64,000 bases of DNA from Paramoeba atlantica (Eukaryota; Protista; Discosea). The notes beneath the pieces are model-generated. The model saw only the letters and a list, made by a program, of their open reading frames with translations, was not told the DNA's origin and searched no databases. Positions 1-10,035 of this stretch are shown one piece after another; positions within the stretch are counted from its first letter, which is position 1; every line of letters begins with the position of its first letter. The stretch is taken from NCBI GenBank assembly GCA_977017575.1, contig CDRNVI010000003.1, positions 124,001 to 188,000 of the forward strand, in the 5' to 3' direction. The position numbers and the translations under genes are program-made.

Positions 1-650
1 GTCGGGGGGCACTGGGAGAGGTTGGAGGTCCAGAGCGAGGAGAAGGGGAGGCTGAGGAGAACAGAGCCGGGGAGGATGGGGGGAGAAAAGGAGGAGGAGC
101 ATAAAGAGGATGAGGATGGAGAAGAAAAGGAGGAGCTCGAAGTGGAGGAAAAAGAAGAAGGGTGCGTTCCACTTTTTTGTATTTTCGGATACAACAGGAA
201 GGTATGGGGGTCGATGGTGAGTCCAGGGTGAAGGGTGAGATGGTAGTGTTCAGAGAGTACGGCGGGGAGGGTGGTTTGACTGTGGTGTTGGACTTTACGT
301 TGCCAGCGGGTGTGGAGATGAGGGGGAAGGGAGAGAGAGGAGGAGGGGGGCGGGGAAGAAGGGGGAGCAGTGTAGGGTTGGGGCTTTGATATTCTTCGTG
401 TGGGGGAGTGAGGGATTCGCATCCATGCAGGAGATCGGGTGAGAAGGGAAGAGGGAAAGAGAGAGAAAGAGATAGTTCGAACGAGTCGTAGGGAAGAAAA
501 GGGATAACAAAGTAAAGCTGTGGAGTTAAAAATTTGTCTAGATCTTGGAATAAGTATTTGATATAAAAATCGTGTTTCCTAAAAATTTCATTACGAAAAA
601 GAAATAGAAAGTACGAAAAAAGAGCCGAGCATTTCAATTTTCTTAAAAGA

Positions 651-1526
651 TTATGAAAGTGCGCGGCTTCGCAAAATATGCGATCGAATATTCCGAACTC
701 CATCAAATCGGTCTGCACTTTGTGGCCGAAAGGATTTTGAAACGCTTCGTACTTTACGAAGACCACGGCGATATTTTCTACGCTGGTTCACACGAGGGTT
801 CTTCCTATCTTTGGGTCGAGCACGAGTAAGACCCCTATTTTTTACAATTTCCTGCGGCGCACTTGTACGCGGTGCGACCTCCGAACTTCCTTTATTCGTC
901 GCTGCAAGTTCAGGACCTGAATCCAAAGATGATTTCTCTTCCTTAAGCTTTCGTTTTTTTCGCAGAAGAGCCTTGTTCTCCTTTTCTATTATGGATGAAG
1001 GCACAGAAATATCTCTCACTCGTTGAAGCAGTTCGTGTACGTTGTGTAAAACAGGATGCGATTCGTAGTCCTCATCTTCGACGCATAAATTTAGCAAAAA
1101 TAATGCATACATACAAAACTTTAGACGAATCACTGTGTCTTCAATTTCTTTTTTGGTTGTGGGAACAACTAAGAATTCTAATTGCTTGTGTATTTCACGG
1201 CTCAAAGCAAGCATCTCATCAGGAAGTTGCTTTGCATCAAGCTTTGAAGTCTCACTGCTAAGTATTTTAGCCGCATTTAGCGGACTAGCCAGTGCTGCTT
1301 CTATTTCACTACTTGGGTTCCTATTTTGTACGTTATTCGGCAGAGGAACTTCATCGGAGTTTGTCAAATATTGAAAATCTTCTTCACGCAAATTCCGTTG
1401 CAAAACCCGTAAGGTTTCCTTTGCAAGTTCTTCTTCTTGGGCCTCGTAACCTTGTAACCCGTCATCCACATCTTGACCTTCCTCTTTGTAGGCATACTGC
1501 AATGGAACGGATGTGTCTTCCGGCAT
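651..1526 (-). CDS. SAS10: Sas10/Utp3 family U3 snoRNP (SSU processome) protein
   Basis: Basic C-terminal Sas10 motif RGLTRARPKDRKNPRVNQRRKYRRGLRKVRS; acidic N-terminus; central Sas10/C1D-like segment (CMYALFLL..HPVLHNVHELLQ). Confidence 0.85.
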   Translation of the reverse strand: MPEDTSVPLQYAYKEEGQDVDDGLQGYEAQEEELAKETLRVLQRNLREEDFQYLTNSDEVPLPNNVQNRNPSSEIEAALASPLNAAKILSSETSKLDAKQLPDEMLALSREIHKQLEFLVVPTTKKEIEDTVIRLKFCMYALFLLNLCVEDEDYESHPVLHNVHELLQRVRDISVPSSIIEKENKALLRKKRKLKEEKSSLDSGPELAATNKGSSEVAPRTSAPQEIVKNRGLTRARPKDRKNPRVNQRRKYRRGLRKVRSVSKSFRPQSADRFDGVRNIRSHILRSRALS

Positions 1527-1688
1527 TTTAATAGTTTATTTCAAAATAAAGAAGATTTTTCCGGTACTCTTTTACTATATTTAGCATACTCTTTACTATA
1601 CTACTTTATTTCGTTTACTATACCATTTCTTACACACACCAAATCCTAGGGGAAATGAAGTAATTAATTGAAAAGTTTACAATGAGAT

Positions 1689-4157
1689 TCAAGTTTCCCA
1701 GTAGGGTTTCACATGAAATAAAGCATCAAAAGAGGATAGAACTCTGTCTTTTTCATTTTCTAATTCGAGGATATTGTTGGAAAAAGGATTCAAAACTTCT
1801 TGAGCAAATTTTCTGTAGCCAGAAAGATCTTGACGCAAGGCCCTGCGGCCCGCCTCAGAGGTGCGAACGTTCAAAACGTGAAGAGTTAGCCCCTTGTAAA
1901 GCCCTTCCAACAGGAATAGACAATAGCAGAGGGACATGGATTGAAAATGATTGGGAAACTGAGATACTTCCTTACGTAGCCAAGAACAAACGTAATTGCA
2001 CGCTGCCGTACATGTGGGAAGAATTGTCTTTCCCTCAAAATCTTTCTTGCCCTGTTGCTTTACTAAGTGATGTAAGGCTTGCGTAACGCAGGCATGTGCA
2101 AAAAGTTTTGTTACGGAATTAATATCTTCGTTTAGTCTTTGAAGCGTCTTTTTCCAAAGCTTCATCCATGAGGGTTGCGCATCTTCCGGCTCATGCTTAC
2201 AGTTATTATCAACAAAGAAGGACTCTAAATTTCGTGAGACAATTCTCAGAGAGTCCACCCAAGAAGCAAATAGAGTTTGAGCCTCATGCACATGAAAACT
2301 ACACTCTTCAATTTCTGTTACTGGTGTGGCGGATGACGTAGAGACCTTCCAAGAAGAAAAAAGTCCTGCGCCACCCGCATTCGTTCCTTTATGTACCATT
2401 TCTAACAAGGAAGTGACTCTCTTTTCCGAGTTAATTTTCAACTTTTGGAATTTGTGCGTAACTATTTCGGATATGGAGCTTACGATATGACAAAGTGACT
2501 CACTGAGACTCTTTGAGACATACTCAGCTAGGAGGAGAACTCGAAGACGTAGGATTGACTTCGCTGCATCATTTAGATAGGCTGCAATTTTTGTAGAAAA
2601 CTGTTCCGCATCACCTTCACTTTCTAGCATGTCTCCTATGTGAAACTGTAAGGCATTATTTAGGAAAAGGAACTCAGAGCTTTCGCAGGAATAAGCCATC
2701 TGAAACTGATGTATTGTCGAGCGAAAAGGTTGAAGAAAATCTTCACCATCAATGAAAACTAAGTTAACGAATGCGCCATAACATGTGGCTTCATGCAATA
2801 CAGATTCCAAAGTCAAAAAATAGAGATCTAATTGCCCTTTTTCGCTCAAATGATTTCCAGTCGCGTTGGTAGCTTCCGTCTGAATAGACGTTTTATTTTT
2901 GCTATCTCTCTGCATGATCTGTGTGTGGTTCATTATCCTGCTCAAGTCTCTTATTACAATTGATTCGTGAAAACGAGAAGTCCATTTTCCGAGTGCATCT
3001 TCTTGCCTTGAAAATATTTTAGGCAGTATTAGTCTCTCTCGGTAAACGACAGCTGCATAAGTGTGGAATAACGATTTGATAAAGTCTACAATAGGTTTGT
3101 TATCACTCGAGTCTTTCATATAAGCAGATGCGCGATTGCAGAAGTCATCAAAAGAAGTTTCAATCCACTCTAAGGAAGCAAAACTGGAAGAAAAGTAAAG
3201 ATCCAACAGCTGTGTATGCCATACATCTTCGTTTTCAATCATAGAATCGTATACATGCGACAAGGAAGCTGCTTCACTTACCAGGTTGGAAAAGGGAAAC
3301 ATACACCCTAAAGTATCAGAAAGAAGACTAGAGCTCGGCCAGTCTTGCTGGCCCGCAAGATTAGAAAGAGTGCCCAAAATGACTTCGATGTGTTGACGTT
3401 TTTCAAGTTGACCGATGAAGGTTGAAAAATCGTCCACGAGATGCTCCTTCCACCAGAGAATTAAGAGAGAAATGTTTCTCATTCCTACGAGTACGGAAGG
3501 AGATTTCTGTAGCGTGAAATCTTCAAGCGTACGTAAAAGTGTCGTTAAGGAACATACTTGTTGCACAGTGGTTGTAGCGTAGGGGACTTTAAAAAAAGGC
3601 GTGAACAAAGAATAGAGCATATAAATATTTTCAGGAAGTTCTATCTGCTCAGATGTCCACAAAGTGTGTGCTTCGCCCTCAGCCGGCAGATATAAAAGAG
3701 ACTGCAGAGAAGCATTTCTTTGTTCTGTAAGAAAACATGAGATACCTTCTAAGTTTTCTTGGAAAGCCGCAGAATCTTTAGCAGACAGAAAGTTAAAATA
3801 CTGACACAAACTTAGAATTTGATTAGCACGCTTCTGAGGGTCGCATGCGTGTTGGACTCCACTGCGATGAGAAGCGTTGAAGTTCGTTTCATTATTTTGC
3901 GACTTCAGCAGTTTATCCAACCTTCGAGAAGTTTCCTGTACTAGCTGCGAATTCTCGATTCTTTGTTGTACTAATTCCTTTTCTGATACGACAATTTCTT
4001 CCCGTAGAGAAAACAGCACTTTTCTACTTTTTTCTATTTTGTTCGATAACTTTTGTTTTGCATCAGTTAGAAAGCCTAGCTGCTGCTCCATACTCATGGA
4101 GGTTATATCGATATCATCGCTGTATAGCAGTGTATCCATATCTCTCTTCGGGATCAT
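1689..4157 (-). CDS. CATCHR-family tethering subunit, Sec10/EXOC5-like
   Basis: 822-aa helical ORF with N-terminal coiled coil. C-terminal LEGLYKGLTLHVLNVRTSEAGRRALRQDLSGYRKF resembles the Sec10 end motif (H-l..f.vs..G...l..D...Y..f). Confidence 0.5.
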   Translation of the reverse strand: MIPKRDMDTLLYSDDIDITSMSMEQQLGFLTDAKQKLSNKIEKSRKVLFSLREEIVVSEKELVQQRIENSQLVQETSRRLDKLLKSQNNETNFNASHRSGVQHACDPQKRANQILSLCQYFNFLSAKDSAAFQENLEGISCFLTEQRNASLQSLLYLPAEGEAHTLWTSEQIELPENIYMLYSLFTPFFKVPYATTTVQQVCSLTTLLRTLEDFTLQKSPSVLVGMRNISLLILWWKEHLVDDFSTFIGQLEKRQHIEVILGTLSNLAGQQDWPSSSLLSDTLGCMFPFSNLVSEAASLSHVYDSMIENEDVWHTQLLDLYFSSSFASLEWIETSFDDFCNRASAYMKDSSDNKPIVDFIKSLFHTYAAVVYRERLILPKIFSRQEDALGKWTSRFHESIVIRDLSRIMNHTQIMQRDSKNKTSIQTEATNATGNHLSEKGQLDLYFLTLESVLHEATCYGAFVNLVFIDGEDFLQPFRSTIHQFQMAYSCESSEFLFLNNALQFHIGDMLESEGDAEQFSTKIAAYLNDAAKSILRLRVLLLAEYVSKSLSESLCHIVSSISEIVTHKFQKLKINSEKRVTSLLEMVHKGTNAGGAGLFSSWKVSTSSATPVTEIEECSFHVHEAQTLFASWVDSLRIVSRNLESFFVDNNCKHEPEDAQPSWMKLWKKTLQRLNEDINSVTKLFAHACVTQALHHLVKQQGKKDFEGKTILPTCTAACNYVCSWLRKEVSQFPNHFQSMSLCYCLFLLEGLYKGLTLHVLNVRTSEAGRRALRQDLSGYRKFAQEVLNPFSNNILELENEKDRVLSSFDALFHVKPYWET

Positions 4158-4574
4158 AGAAATTATGTGTCGTCAAAACACGTTTTGAAATCGACTTTTT
4201 TGCTTTCAAAAACTGCTAGATATTAAAAGACTGTTCGGATAAATATTCCTAGAAAATAATGGTTATAATGCGATGTATCAAAGAGTGTTAACCATGACAT
4301 TACATCTGTAGTCAGTGTTCGTAATGCATAATGGTCCTTTTGGGGAATGCATAAGATTTTGCTAAAAATATCTCACGAAAAGTATTGATAAAAAGATAAT
4401 CGGCACACTCCAAGAATGATCCGATATACGTTGTAAATTGGTCTCGCGAAAAGCTGTCGTAAGAATAGGAAGCAGTAGGAAAAGTTGTGATCTGTATACA
4501 GTACAAGGTAAAAAAGCACGCAGCCTAAAAAGTTTAGATCTGGTTTGTTGAAAGCTACGCGCATTAGGGAAAAA

Positions 4575-5864
4575 TCAAATTGGAAGAGAACGTGCCAGTT
4601 CACGGGCCGCCGATGTGTACGAACTGTTACTAGTATTAAATAATTCCGAATTTTCTGCAATTTGATTCAAATCTTCCAAAATTTGCAATCGTGTTAGATA
4701 TTTCCCCGCATAAACTTTACATCGCATTGTGTACAAATCCATCGGGTTGCGAACAGTTTGAATATATCGCGGACTGAAGGCAAGTGGAGGATAAGAAAAC
4801 GCAGCATCCAGATTCGATGGGCTCTGTTGAAGAGTTTCCAAAGATGATAAAAGGTGTCGTCGAAAATCGACGCTTAACATTTCATCGCTCGTATCCTCAT
4901 TTCGCATTTCAGTAACATGGTAGCGATACTTTGCGTGGTACTTCAAAGAACCCAAGACATAGAATCGTAATGTTTCACGTTGTCTAGGGTCAAAAAAAGG
5001 ATCCAAAAAGCAGTCACGAAGAACAGCCTCCATATCACAGTGAAAAGTGAACAAGTCCCGGTAGGAACCCATGCGAAGTCGATTTTCAATGCCTTCAAAA
5101 CGTAATTTTGGATTTTCTAGCGATTTTAAAATATCTAAAAGATTGAGAGAATTCGTATCGGTGGATTCCATATTCGATACTTCCGTACGAGTAGGGATCC
5201 AAAGAGACAGATATTCCTGCCATAAATGTCCTTGCAGCTGCCATGCAAAGACTTGATTGTCAAATGATTCGGGTGAAGAGTTTTCATACCGCAGAAATTT
5301 GATACCGTGATGACTTGCAATTTCAAGATACCTTTTCTCTAATTGCATGGCACACCTCGCGAGTTCGTGATCGGGACCATATGCCCAAATCATGTTTGAA
5401 GTGAGATCAAAAAGATCTACTTCAAAGGCTTTCTGCGTGCAATAAATGTCCCCTGCCAGACGTGCATGAATGGTAGCAAAATCAATTGGAAACGGTACAG
5501 ACCGTTTGTACTTCAGATCTTCAACAGGAAGTAGGAAGATCTCATAGGCCTTCTTCGAAGATGACACAGACAGCTCAGCATCGGCTATTTCGTATAAAAT
5601 AGATAGCAGCTTGTGACGTAGTTCTAAACTAAGAGACTTGCGCGAGTCATGCTGCGTGATCTCTTCTTGAAACGTTAGATAATTAGAATTCGCGTCCGAA
5701 AGTAAAATTGAGTTCTCCGCGGTGTGAAAGTCTTCGTTAGACAGTTTGAAATGCTCCTTAGCATTGAGCACATAATTTCTATGTCGCGTGGGCCCAGTAT
5801 TTACGAAGTTGGATTTGGGAGACAGTACTGAACTATTCTCATGTTTCGTGGTTTCCGTAGTCAT
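4575..5864 (-). CDS. Multi-bromodomain protein (two clear bromodomains and one degenerate)
   Basis: YKRSVPFPIDFATIHARLAGDIY..F..DL...TSN and YIQTVRNPMDLYTMRCKVYAGKY..ILEDLNQIAENSELFN are bromodomain ZA-loop/helix signatures; middle IENRLRMGSYRDLFTFHCDM is a partial third. Confidence 0.8.
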   Translation of the reverse strand: MTTETTKHENSSVLSPKSNFVNTGPTRHRNYVLNAKEHFKLSNEDFHTAENSILLSDANSNYLTFQEEITQHDSRKSLSLELRHKLLSILYEIADAELSVSSSKKAYEIFLLPVEDLKYKRSVPFPIDFATIHARLAGDIYCTQKAFEVDLFDLTSNMIWAYGPDHELARCAMQLEKRYLEIASHHGIKFLRYENSSPESFDNQVFAWQLQGHLWQEYLSLWIPTRTEVSNMESTDTNSLNLLDILKSLENPKLRFEGIENRLRMGSYRDLFTFHCDMEAVLRDCFLDPFFDPRQRETLRFYVLGSLKYHAKYRYHVTEMRNEDTSDEMLSVDFRRHLLSSLETLQQSPSNLDAAFSYPPLAFSPRYIQTVRNPMDLYTMRCKVYAGKYLTRLQILEDLNQIAENSELFNTSNSSYTSAARELARSLPI

Positions 5865-6078
5865 GGAATAAAAATAGAACTCTGAGCAACTATGTCCTGA
5901 GAAAAAACCAAGAAAGAAATCTACTGTGCCACAACCCCTAAATTACCACTGTCCCCCTACATGTAAATTTAATTGTTTGCTTTAGTCAAAGAGATTGTGA
6001 TAACACCTTGCACCCCTCGTTAAGTTGTTGTTTTTTTCAAAAATATTTCAATAACTCGAGTTTCCGTCTAGTCATAAT

Positions 6079-7032
6079 TTACATTGATACCTTCGCAGGA
6101 TGCGGCATAGGAGTGTATCTTTGGAACGAATTTCCTTGAAGGTTGATCAAGATTAAATTTTCGGAAAGTTTGGATAAATCTAAATATCCTGTCAGTTTGT
6201 TGTTTTGTAGCAAAATATATGCGAGCGACTCGGGAAGGGAACTTACGTCAATAGTGCCGGAAAATAAATTATTGGCAAGATAGAGAGTGAAAAGTGACTT
6301 GGGTAAGTGTGTTAAGTCAATGTTTTCTGTAAATAAATTACCAGAACCATACAACTCTGACAGGAAGTGCGGAAGACGAGTGAGCGAGAGAGGACCTGAA
6401 AACTGATTTTCTTCAATTTGGAATCGTACCAAACACGGTGGAAGAACATCTGTATCAATTGGACCCATAAAAAAATTTCGGCAAATAGCAAATCGCTTCA
6501 AGTCAGTGGGCAACGCAGATGTGTCGCACTCTCCAGAAAACTGATTATTATCTAGAACCAAATAACGGAGAATATCGGGAAGTGCCGACCAATCAACTTG
6601 CCCCGAAAGATGCTGTGTATCCCAATAATCACCCAGAACAAGACTTTTAACTGTACGGGGCAGCGCTGACCAGTTCAGTGTGCCGCGAAGACCACAACGT
6701 GACCAGTCGATATGACTTACATGAGTTCCATCCTTGCAGCGTACGCCATTCCACGCACATGCAGATGCATTTGTAGTCCACTTTAAATTGAGCTCTGCTA
6801 CATTTTTTAAGAAATGCACAAGGAGATATTCATCAGGAAGAATAGACCCCCGAACCTTGGAAAGACGTGTGATTGGAAAAGCAGGGTTTTGATCGTTAAA
6901 ATTATTTGGCTCACTCTTAAGCTTACGGCGTTTCTGGGTGGGAGGGCACCCAGAATCACTCAAACAAAAGCGGAAAGTAATCATAACTAACAATTTTTCA
7001 AATTTAAAAAGAGCTCTCGTAAAAATACTCAC
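6079..7032 (-). CDS. Leucine-rich repeat protein (family member 1)
   Basis: Leader PPTQKRRK..RLSKVRGSILPDEY, cap ACAWNGVRC, repeats LP..L..L.L.NN.FSG. Start may be the M at 6987. Confidence 0.9.
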   Translation of the reverse strand: MSIFTRALFKFEKLLVMITFRFCLSDSGCPPTQKRRKLKSEPNNFNDQNPAFPITRLSKVRGSILPDEYLLVHFLKNVAELNLKWTTNASACAWNGVRCKDGTHVSHIDWSRCGLRGTLNWSALPRTVKSLVLGDYWDTQHLSGQVDWSALPDILRYLVLDNNQFSGECDTSALPTDLKRFAICRNFFMGPIDTDVLPPCLVRFQIEENQFSGPLSLTRLPHFLSELYGSGNLFTENIDLTHLPKSLFTLYLANNLFSGTIDVSSLPESLAYILLQNNKLTGYLDLSKLSENLILINLQGNSFQRYTPMPHPAKVSM

Positions 7033-7362
7033 TTAAATGAGAACATTTAACTATCCCCCTTTTTAATAGAGCAATTTTTTCTGGGACAAAGATTTTTTTC
7101 TGGGGAGGGCCAAATTGTTGGTCGAAATTGTTTGAAAGCAGTTTTCATACGCACAAAAAATTTGATAATTTTACAAAAAATTGCCTCACAAATAAGGGTC
7201 TGCATGATAATTTTTCGATTCGAAAGAATCCTATTTTTTCATACGTCAGAAAAATGGTACAAAAAGTCCTTCTCGTCAAGTGCCCTACTGAGGCTGAATT
7301 TCGATCAAACTAAAATTGCTTCATTTGGAGTAACGCATTCTCCAAAATTGTTTCCACGAAGA

Positions 7363-9627
7363 TCAATTTTCTGAATTGGGAATCATCGGGAAGTGAGGCA
7401 TATGCGAAAGCTTGTTGTTACTTAACGACAAAATCTCCAACTTAGAAGATAAAGGAAGGAGCTTCGGAACACAGGAAATTTTATTATCATTAAGTTCAAT
7501 TATTTCAATATCACGGGGAAATGCCTCCCAGTTCAAAATTTGATTGAAATTGTTATGATCTGCAGTCAGTCGCTTTAATGTTCTTGGGAGAGTTGAAAAG
7601 TCAATATTTCCAGAAAATGAATTGCACGAAAGAGTCAGGTTACATAATGACAAAGAATGATTTGATATATGAATAACCCCGTGGAAATTATTGTTTGCCA
7701 GATCCAAGCTTTTAAGACGTGTTGGAAGCTTCGTTAAAGTCACTGAACCTGTAAAGCTGTTGTTTTGAAGTAAGAGCTCTTCTAAACGACTGCCGTACGA
7801 AATTTTGTCAAAAACTACTTCACCTACCAATTGATTACAGCTGAGATTTAAGTTTTCAAGAGAAATCGGAAGTTTAGAAAACGAAACAGTTCCTTCAAAC
7901 TGGTTAAGATGAAGATTCAGAAATACTACCCCAGGCGGTAGATGATCTAGGTCTAGTGGGCCCGAAAACAAGTTATCGTTTAAATGAATATACTGTATAC
8001 TACTTGGGAGTTGTACAAGAGAAATAGATCCGCGAAAGGCATTCGTGGCTAGTGAAAGATAATAAATACTACTCGGTAGAGATGCCAAATTAACGGTGCC
8101 GTGAAATTTATTCCTACTAAGTCGAAGTCTGCGTAGCGTAGAGGGCAAACGTGTAAAATCGAGCTCTCCAGTAAAAGTGTTGTTGGATAGATCCAATATC
8201 TCCAAATTTATAAAGTTAGATTTAGAATATAGCAAATCAAATTGGAAATCACCAATCAAGTTGTTATCGTTCAAATGTATTGCCTTGATCGTGTTCGGCA
8301 TTTGAGAAAGGTCGATTGAAGAATGAAAACAATTTTGGCGAAGGTCCACAATTTCCATGCCATAAGGCAAGTGCAACAAGAACAATTCTCCAGAGAAACG
8401 ATTATCGGACAAATTTATGATGACAAGAGACTGTGGCAACATGGTAAGATCGACGTCTCCGCTGTAGGAATTATCATTGAGGTAAAGGTATAGCAAAGCA
8501 TTAGGAAGTATCGTTAGATCCCAAGTTCCAGAAAACGTGTTGTAATCAAGTGCAATTTCAAGTAAAGCAGATTGTGGGTCAATATACCCGACCATTTCAG
8601 AAAGCGTGTTATTGGAAAGCCGCAAAATTTCCAAATTTTCGTGATTGTGCGGCAAGTCCATGGAACCAGAAAAAGAATTTGTCGACACATCAATGGATTT
8701 TAAAGCAGGCGGAAATTTACCAAACCGCAAAGAACCAGACAATGAATTGTCTGGGAGCGATAAGTGTTCTAGTTCCACTGGAAGATTCGTTAGGCTAATA
8801 TTTCCACTAAAGAAATTATTCCCGACGTCAAAACCACGTAAAGTGGGAGGAAGCGTGTTAATCTCAATGTTTCCAGAAAATCTATTGTGGGGTACACTAA
8901 AGACACTGAGACCAGGAGGGAGATGGGAAAAATCAGCAGTACCTTCAAACATATTGTTTCCCGCTGTAATGCGGATCAAACCGGAAGGAAGTACACCTAA
9001 TGGGACCCCACCACTGAAGAAGTTGTTGTGAATAGCTAAGGCTTGAAGTATAGAAGGCAACGCTTCAAAATTAAGCGTTCCATTAAAACGGTTGTTGTGA
9101 AGTAAAAGATTTTCGAGATGAGACCAAGTAGGAGAGAAGGAAACAACCCCATTAAAATTGTTGGAGGCCAAGTTTATCAAGCGTATGTTAGAAGAAAGCG
9201 CGTGAAGTTCAACGTGACCACTAAAAATATTATTTAGCACGTCTAAGCTTTTTAGCGAGAAAGGCATGTTGTCGAGAGTAAGAGTGCCTGACAAGCGGTT
9301 GTCGCTTAAATCAAGCACCTCTAGTTGAATGGGAAGATACTCTGTTTGAAGTGTCCCACTTAATCCGTGCCCAGACCAATTGATAACAACGACTTTTCCA
9401 TCATCACCACAAGTAACTCCTTCCCATTCAGAAACCGCACTATGCGTACTCCAGGAGGTGTGACGCAGAGTTACGTTCTTAAGAAACCGATCAAGATCGT
9501 ATTCTTCCGGAAGTACGTGACCTGCGATGCGTCCATGTGGAGATGTGAATTGACTTGGATTGGTTGTGACTCTACGCCGCTTAGATGGAGGGGTAATTCC
9601 TTCATCGAAAAAACCAAAAGACCACAT
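7363..9627 (-). CDS. Leucine-rich repeat protein, long (member 2; >25 repeats)
   Basis: Leader PPSKRRRV..HGRIAGHVLPEEY, cap WEGVTC, many plant-type LxxLxLxxNxFSG repeats. Confidence 0.92.
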   Translation of the reverse strand: MWSFGFFDEGITPPSKRRRVTTNPSQFTSPHGRIAGHVLPEEYDLDRFLKNVTLRHTSWSTHSAVSEWEGVTCGDDGKVVVINWSGHGLSGTLQTEYLPIQLEVLDLSDNRLSGTLTLDNMPFSLKSLDVLNNIFSGHVELHALSSNIRLINLASNNFNGVVSFSPTWSHLENLLLHNNRFNGTLNFEALPSILQALAIHNNFFSGGVPLGVLPSGLIRITAGNNMFEGTADFSHLPPGLSVFSVPHNRFSGNIEINTLPPTLRGFDVGNNFFSGNISLTNLPVELEHLSLPDNSLSGSLRFGKFPPALKSIDVSTNSFSGSMDLPHNHENLEILRLSNNTLSEMVGYIDPQSALLEIALDYNTFSGTWDLTILPNALLYLYLNDNSYSGDVDLTMLPQSLVIINLSDNRFSGELFLLHLPYGMEIVDLRQNCFHSSIDLSQMPNTIKAIHLNDNNLIGDFQFDLLYSKSNFINLEILDLSNNTFTGELDFTRLPSTLRRLRLSRNKFHGTVNLASLPSSIYYLSLATNAFRGSISLVQLPSSIQYIHLNDNLFSGPLDLDHLPPGVVFLNLHLNQFEGTVSFSKLPISLENLNLSCNQLVGEVVFDKISYGSRLEELLLQNNSFTGSVTLTKLPTRLKSLDLANNNFHGVIHISNHSLSLCNLTLSCNSFSGNIDFSTLPRTLKRLTADHNNFNQILNWEAFPRDIEIIELNDNKISCVPKLLPLSSKLEILSLSNNKLSHMPHFPMIPNSEN

Positions 9628-10035
9628 AGGAAAAGTATGCGATTAAAAGTGTGCGATTTAAAGACAAGTGGGTTCTAGTACTTATTTTTCAGATACTTTT
9701 GCAGTCGAAATAACCGGATTTGCACAATTCATTTTCTAGATTTTTTACGCATTTGTTTTTGTCAATCTTGAAGGATTACGGTTTCCGAGACCTTTTAGTA
9801 GCTTGTCCAACATGGACAATTGCTTCTGTAGCCTTGATGGCAATAATTTTGCGTGAACATGTTGCTTCAAACAGAATAATCTCGCTTACAGACATTAGTT
9901 AATACAGTAGATATTACTTTCACAATTCTAGTATCCTCGGATGGTTCATTTGACAAGTAAATTAGATTTCGACAAGAAAAAGGCTGCAAGATGATGCTAC
10001 TGTACAATATCTAATATTGTATCTAGACGAAGACA

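Noticed and set aside
1-430. Minus-strand open frame running off the window edge
   Set aside because: Low-complexity S/P-rich, no clear in-frame ATG, incomplete; cannot be supported as a gene here.
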